In this document: positions 60,535 to 64,000 of the stretch, one piece after another
Layout of the letters: each line of letters starts with the position of its first letter
Numbering within the stretch: position 1 is the first letter of the stretch
Assembly: GCA_963813305.1 (NCBI GenBank)
Contig: CAWEYP010000006.1
Span: 31,056 to 95,055 of the forward strand
Length of the DNA: 64,000 nucleotides
Direction of reading: 5' to 3'
From: an uncultured Chloroflexia bacterium
Lineage (GTDB): Bacteria; Chloroflexota; Limnocylindria; Limnocylindrales; CSP1-4
Program-made: the position numbers and the translations under genes
Notes under the pieces: model-generated
The model's database searches: none
Seen by the model: the letters and a program-made list of their open reading frames with translations, nothing else
What the model was told of the DNA's origin: nothing

Positions 60535-60761
60535 CGCCCAGGGTGCCGTCGGGCACCACCGGGCGTGGTGCGCCGACGCACCGCAGCGACCGGGCACGAA
60601 GGGCACCCGTCCCGTCGCGACCCCACCGGACTGCCCGGGAGTCGCCGCCGGCATAGCCCTTCGGAGCCATGGGACGCCGCCGAAGGCGCGATTGAGGGGC
60701 GTGGGCGGCGCCGCCACGGTGGATGTGTCCTCATCCGCGCTCCGTTCCGGAGGCACCCATC

Positions 60762-63074
60762 GTGCGTCGCGTCGCCGCCGGCATCCTGGCCGGCCTGCTC
60801 CTCTTCGCGCTGGCCTGGACGGGCACGCCCGCGCCCGCCGCCGCCGTCGTGCCGAGCGACCCGAAGGTCGTCCTCGTCGTCGGCGCCACGCACGGGACGA
60901 CGTCGCAGTACCGCTCATACATGAACGTCGTGGCCGCGACGGCCGCCCGGTACTCGCGGAACGTGGTGAAGGTGTACAGCCCCAACGCCACCTGGTCGGC
61001 CGTCAGGGCCGCGCTCAAGGGAGCCAGCATCGTGGTCTACATGGGCCACGGCAACGGCTTCCCCAGCCCGTACTCCACGACGCCGAACCCGTACACCCAG
61101 AACGGGATGGGGCTCAACCTGACCGCCGGGGCCGGCGATTCGAACACGAAGTACTACGGCGAGCAGTATTTCGCCAACTACGTCGACCTGGCCCCGAACG
61201 CGGTCGTCATCCTCAGCCACAACTGCTATGCGTCGGGCAACTCCGAGCCGGGCAGGGCGGAGCCGTCGCTGGCGGTCGCCAAGGCCCGGATCGACAACTT
61301 CGCCGCCGGGTTCCTGCGGGCGGGCGCGCGCGCCGTGATCGCCGACGGCCACAGCGACCCGTCCTGGTACGTCGAGCAGCTCTTCACCACGCATCGCACG
61401 GTCGAGCAGATCTGGCGCAGCGGGCCGCGTCCCCACGGGAACACGTTCACCTTCGCCAGCGTCCGGACGCCCGGCTACACCGCGTTCTCCGACCCCGATC
61501 ACCGCTCGGGCTCCACGATCACCGGGTTCTACCGGTCGCTGGTCGCGAAGCCGACGCTCACCTCCGACCAGGTGACCGGCGCGCGCCACGCGCGGACCGA
61601 CGCGCACCCCGGCTTCTTCGTCGTGCCGGGCGCTGCCGCGGTCAGCGCGGTCGAAGGGGTCGGCCTCTACGCGGACGCGACGCTGACCCCGGATCCGGCG
61701 ACGGGCCTCGCCGCCGCGACGCTCCCCCTCGGGACGCGCCTGCGGGTCCGGGCGGCGGCCGGGACCAGCCCGACGGGGTCGGCGATCTACGACGTGGCGA
61801 CCCTCGATGGTGCGACGAGCGGGTTCGTCACGGCGGCCGGCCTCGTGCCCCGGGATTCGGCGAGCCCCGTCATCTTCGAGCTCGACCCGGGGACGGGCAC
61901 GGTCAGCCCGGCAGCCGGATCCACGACCGCCATCACGGCGCGCGCCTCGGAGGCGGTCTCGTGGCACGTGGAGGTCCGCGCTCAGGACGGCTCGGCGGTC
62001 GCCACGATGGCGGCCGAGGGCGAGGAGCTGGCCACGTCGTGGGACGGCCGGACCGACGGCGCCGCGGCTCCCGAGGGTGCCTACGAGGTCGTCGTCAAGG
62101 CCTACGACGGGTGGGGCAACCCGCCGGCCACGGCGTCGACCGTCGTCATCGTCGACGTCACGCCGCCGACGCTCTCGTCCGTGGCCGTGATGGGCGGCGT
62201 CGCGACGTTCTCCCCGAACGGCGACGGCGCGGGCGACACGGCCCGCTTCGCCTTCCACATGAGCGAGCCCGGCCTGGTCTTCGGGACCGTGCGCGACGCG
62301 AACGGCGACAAGACGACCACCTTCTCCGGCCAGGCGGCGACGACCAGCGGGACCGTGAGCTGGGACGGCCGGCGAGCCGACGGCTCGTACGTGCCCGACG
62401 GCGTCTACTCGGTCGCCCTCTCGCCCCGCGACGTGGCCGGCAACGTCGGCTCGTCGGTGGGCACCAGCGTGGCCGTCTACACCGCGCTGTCGCGGGTCAA
62501 GGCCGCCTCCTACGCGTTCTGGCCGAACGACCGGGACGGCTACGCCTCGCGGATGTGGCTCGCCTTCGAGCTCGACACCGCGGCGCGGGTGACGTGGACG
62601 CTGAGCGACCCCGCCGGCGCCACCGTCATGACCTTCCTGGACGACGTCGAGTCGCCCGCCGGTCGGTACGCCATCCCCTGGGACGGGCGGCTTCCCGGCG
62701 GACGCTTCGCCCCGGCCGGGATCTACACGTCGCGGGTGGTCGTCACGGACGGGACCCTCGTGGGGTCGGGGGCGGCGCGCTTCCATGTCAACGCCTTCCG
62801 CCTGTCGCTCTCGACGTCGAGCCCGTCGCGCGGCGGCGCCGTGACGGCGACCATCGTGGCCACGGAGCCGATGAAGGCGAACCCGTCGATCACCGTCAGC
62901 CAGCCCGGCGTCGCCTCCTACACCGTGCGGACCGTGAAGACCAGCACCTACGGGTACCGCGCGACGTTCCGGCTCTCCCGGGGCGGCGCGGCCGGCACGA
63001 TCACGCTCACGGTGAAGGGCTACGATGCCCGCGGTGGGTACAACTGGTCGCGGTTCGCCTTCCCGCTTCGCTGA
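60762..63074 (+). CDS. Secreted multidomain protein: N-terminal His/Cys-dyad domain (clan CD caspase/gingipain-like by motif) plus three to four FlgD-Ig-like domains
   Basis: ORF 60723..63074. GTG 60762 lies after GGAGG. The signal peptide is VRRVAAGILAGLLLFALAWTGTPAPAAA. It has ASIVVYMGHGNG and AVVILSHNCYASGN (beta-strand-H-G and beta-strand-C). It has repeated FSPNGDG...WDGR...G.Y modules, e.g. ATFSPNGDGAGDTARFAF...VSWDGRRADGSYVPDGVY. Confidence 0.75.
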   Translation: MRRVAAGILAGLLLFALAWTGTPAPAAAVVPSDPKVVLVVGATHGTTSQYRSYMNVVAATAARYSRNVVKVYSPNATWSAVRAALKGASIVVYMGHGNGFPSPYSTTPNPYTQNGMGLNLTAGAGDSNTKYYGEQYFANYVDLAPNAVVILSHNCYASGNSEPGRAEPSLAVAKARIDNFAAGFLRAGARAVIADGHSDPSWYVEQLFTTHRTVEQIWRSGPRPHGNTFTFASVRTPGYTAFSDPDHRSGSTITGFYRSLVAKPTLTSDQVTGARHARTDAHPGFFVVPGAAAVSAVEGVGLYADATLTPDPATGLAAATLPLGTRLRVRAAAGTSPTGSAIYDVATLDGATSGFVTAAGLVPRDSASPVIFELDPGTGTVSPAAGSTTAITARASEAVSWHVEVRAQDGSAVATMAAEGEELATSWDGRTDGAAAPEGAYEVVVKAYDGWGNPPATASTVVIVDVTPPTLSSVAVMGGVATFSPNGDGAGDTARFAFHMSEPGLVFGTVRDANGDKTTTFSGQAATTSGTVSWDGRRADGSYVPDGVYSVALSPRDVAGNVGSSVGTSVAVYTALSRVKAASYAFWPNDRDGYASRMWLAFELDTAARVTWTLSDPAGATVMTFLDDVESPAGRYAIPWDGRLPGGRFAPAGIYTSRVVVTDGTLVGSGAARFHVNAFRLSLSTSSPSRGGAVTATIVATEPMKANPSITVSQPGVASYTVRTVKTSTYGYRATFRLSRGGAAGTITLTVKGYDARGGYNWSRFAFPLR

Positions 63075-63194
63075 GGAGCGACCCCGACGGGCGCCCCCCA
63101 CGGGCATCGCCGAGCGCACCGGACCGCACCAGACCGCCCGGTACCACCCCTGCGCGGGACCATCGGCTCAATGGTGCGACCGGGCGTCCCGGCG

Positions 63195-63200
63195 TAGGGT
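63195..63200 (+). promoter_or_regulatory. -10-like hexamer TAGGGT, 9 nt upstream of ATG 63210
   Basis: Read directly. There is no obvious SD. Confidence 0.25.
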
Positions 63201-63209
63201 TCCGGGGTC

Positions 63210-64000
63210 ATGACGAACCGCCCTGACGGCGAGCCCGCGCGCTCCCGCCGCCGTCACCTGCTCGCCATCCTGCTGGGGCTGACGCTCGTCGCGGGCCTCC
63301 CGGCGGGCGCCGTGGGCCGCGATCCGGCGCCGTTCCGGGCCCTGCCCGACGCCTCGGCCACGGTCCCGCCGACCGTCGCCCCGGCGGTCGATCCGCCGGC
63401 CGTGCCGCCACGTGACGGGGCTCCCCCGGATCCGCGGGCCTTCCAGGTCATGCCCGGCGATGCGCCGAGCCAGATGTACCTGGACCTGCTCGCGGCCGGC
63501 GGCGAGGAGATCGAGTTCGTCCCGGGCGGCCGGGTGACCGTTCCCTTCGTCCCGCGGGCGGACGACTCGTGGCCGGTCGGCGGCACGAGCCCACGGCCAC
63601 TCCCCGCCGGACTGGAATCGGGCGCTGAGATGGCTGGCGTCGAGGCAACCCCGAAGCCCGACCCGACCCCGTCGACCCCGGCAACGCCCGACCCGACGCC
63701 CGGGCCGACACCGGCAACGCCCGACCCGTCGCCCGAGACACCGCCCGACCCGTCGCCCATTCCCGCCGTGGGAGCCTCCTGGGTCTCCCCGGGCGACCAG
63801 GCCGCGATGGCCCCCGCGGCCACGAGCATGCGCCGCGAGGTCTACGGCTTCCTGCCGTACTGGGAGGTCGGCGACAGCGACACGCGCCTCGACTTCTCCA
63901 TCGTCACCCATCTCGCCTACTTCTCGGTGGGGGCAGACGGCGGCGGCAACCTGCGCAAGCGGGAGAGCAGCGGCTCGCTGACCACCGGCTGGGCCGGCTG
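63210..64000 (+). CDS. Secreted (Tat-like signal) protein with a Pro/Thr-rich linker and the start of a glycoside hydrolase family 18-like domain; runs off the right edge
   Basis: It reads MTNRPDGEPARSRRRHLLAILLGLTLVAGLPAGAVG, then the linker TPKPDPTPSTPATPDPTPGPTPATPDPSPETPPDPSP, then REVYGFLPYWEVGDSDTRLDFSIVTHLAYFSVG, typical of the first strands of GH18/YaaH-like domains. It is absent from the ORF track because there is no stop in the window. Confidence 0.6.
   Translation, partial: MTNRPDGEPARSRRRHLLAILLGLTLVAGLPAGAVGRDPAPFRALPDASATVPPTVAPAVDPPAVPPRDGAPPDPRAFQVMPGDAPSQMYLDLLAAGGEEIEFVPGGRVTVPFVPRADDSWPVGGTSPRPLPAGLESGAEMAGVEATPKPDPTPSTPATPDPTPGPTPATPDPSPETPPDPSPIPAVGASWVSPGDQAAMAPAATSMRREVYGFLPYWEVGDSDTRLDFSIVTHLAYFSVGADGGGNLRKRESSGSLTTGWAG

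Noticed and set aside
60535-60600. Two small GC hairpins after rmlC (GGTGCC-GTCG-GGCACC and GGTGCG-CCGA-CGCACC) as an intrinsic terminator.
   Set aside because: The stems are only 6 bp and there is no U-tract. Many such hairpins arise by chance at this GC content, so I did not list them as features.

Overview
This is a very GC-rich window (above 70% by eye, not computed). Its gene content looks like a high-GC Gram-positive of the Actinomycetota type: a SARP regulator, UPF0182, a GuaB3-type IMPDH paralogue, DUF2252, a GAP/Sap-family protein and a DUF385/F420-type protein. I recognise about 50 protein-coding genes. I found no rRNA, tRNA, CRISPR array, transposase or integrase. Gene order, left to right: (1) purK 3' end, YCII, DUF5946, a deaminase, icd and purE. 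(2) A tightly packed minus-strand three-gene unit: a small membrane protein, a Vps62-like membrane protein, and a zinc-ribbon/nucleotide-cyclase/STAND-ATPase/TPR protein. (3) GAP, DUF2252 and an FAD oxidoreductase. (4) A signalling island: two kinase-less sensor-like membrane paralogues, a GAF-PP2C-RsbW-like fusion, two STAS proteins, a SARP regulator, a third membrane paralogue, two paralogous lipoprotein nucleoside hydrolases, pmbA and tldD. (5) tmk, GAF-GGDEF and darA. (6) A nitroreductase, a DinB-like remnant, a Nudix hydrolase, a second cyclase, a guaB3-like gene and DUF385. (7) A ~4.8 kb repeat-rich Ig-like surface protein gene. (8) guaA, a lipoprotein alpha/beta hydrolase and UPF0182. 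(9) Membrane, zinc-ribbon and CPBP genes. (10) radC-mreB-mreC and rmlABDC. (11) A secreted His/Cys-domain plus FlgD-Ig protein and the start of a GH18-like gene. The dominant oddity is that roughly half of the genes are interrupted by +/-1 frame changes, mostly +1, clustered in blocks. This is either a consensus/polishing artefact or gene decay. Other signals are: a conserved ~34-nt upstream element shared by three operon starts around the SARP gene; short tandem duplications of 7, 9, 11 and 13 bp; two gene pairs separated only by an in-frame TGA with no start codon for the downstream gene; and near-identical ~550-bp intragenic repeats. Indel positions are approximate (about +/-15 nt). They were inferred from how ORF-track pieces in different frames join into one continuous homologous protein.
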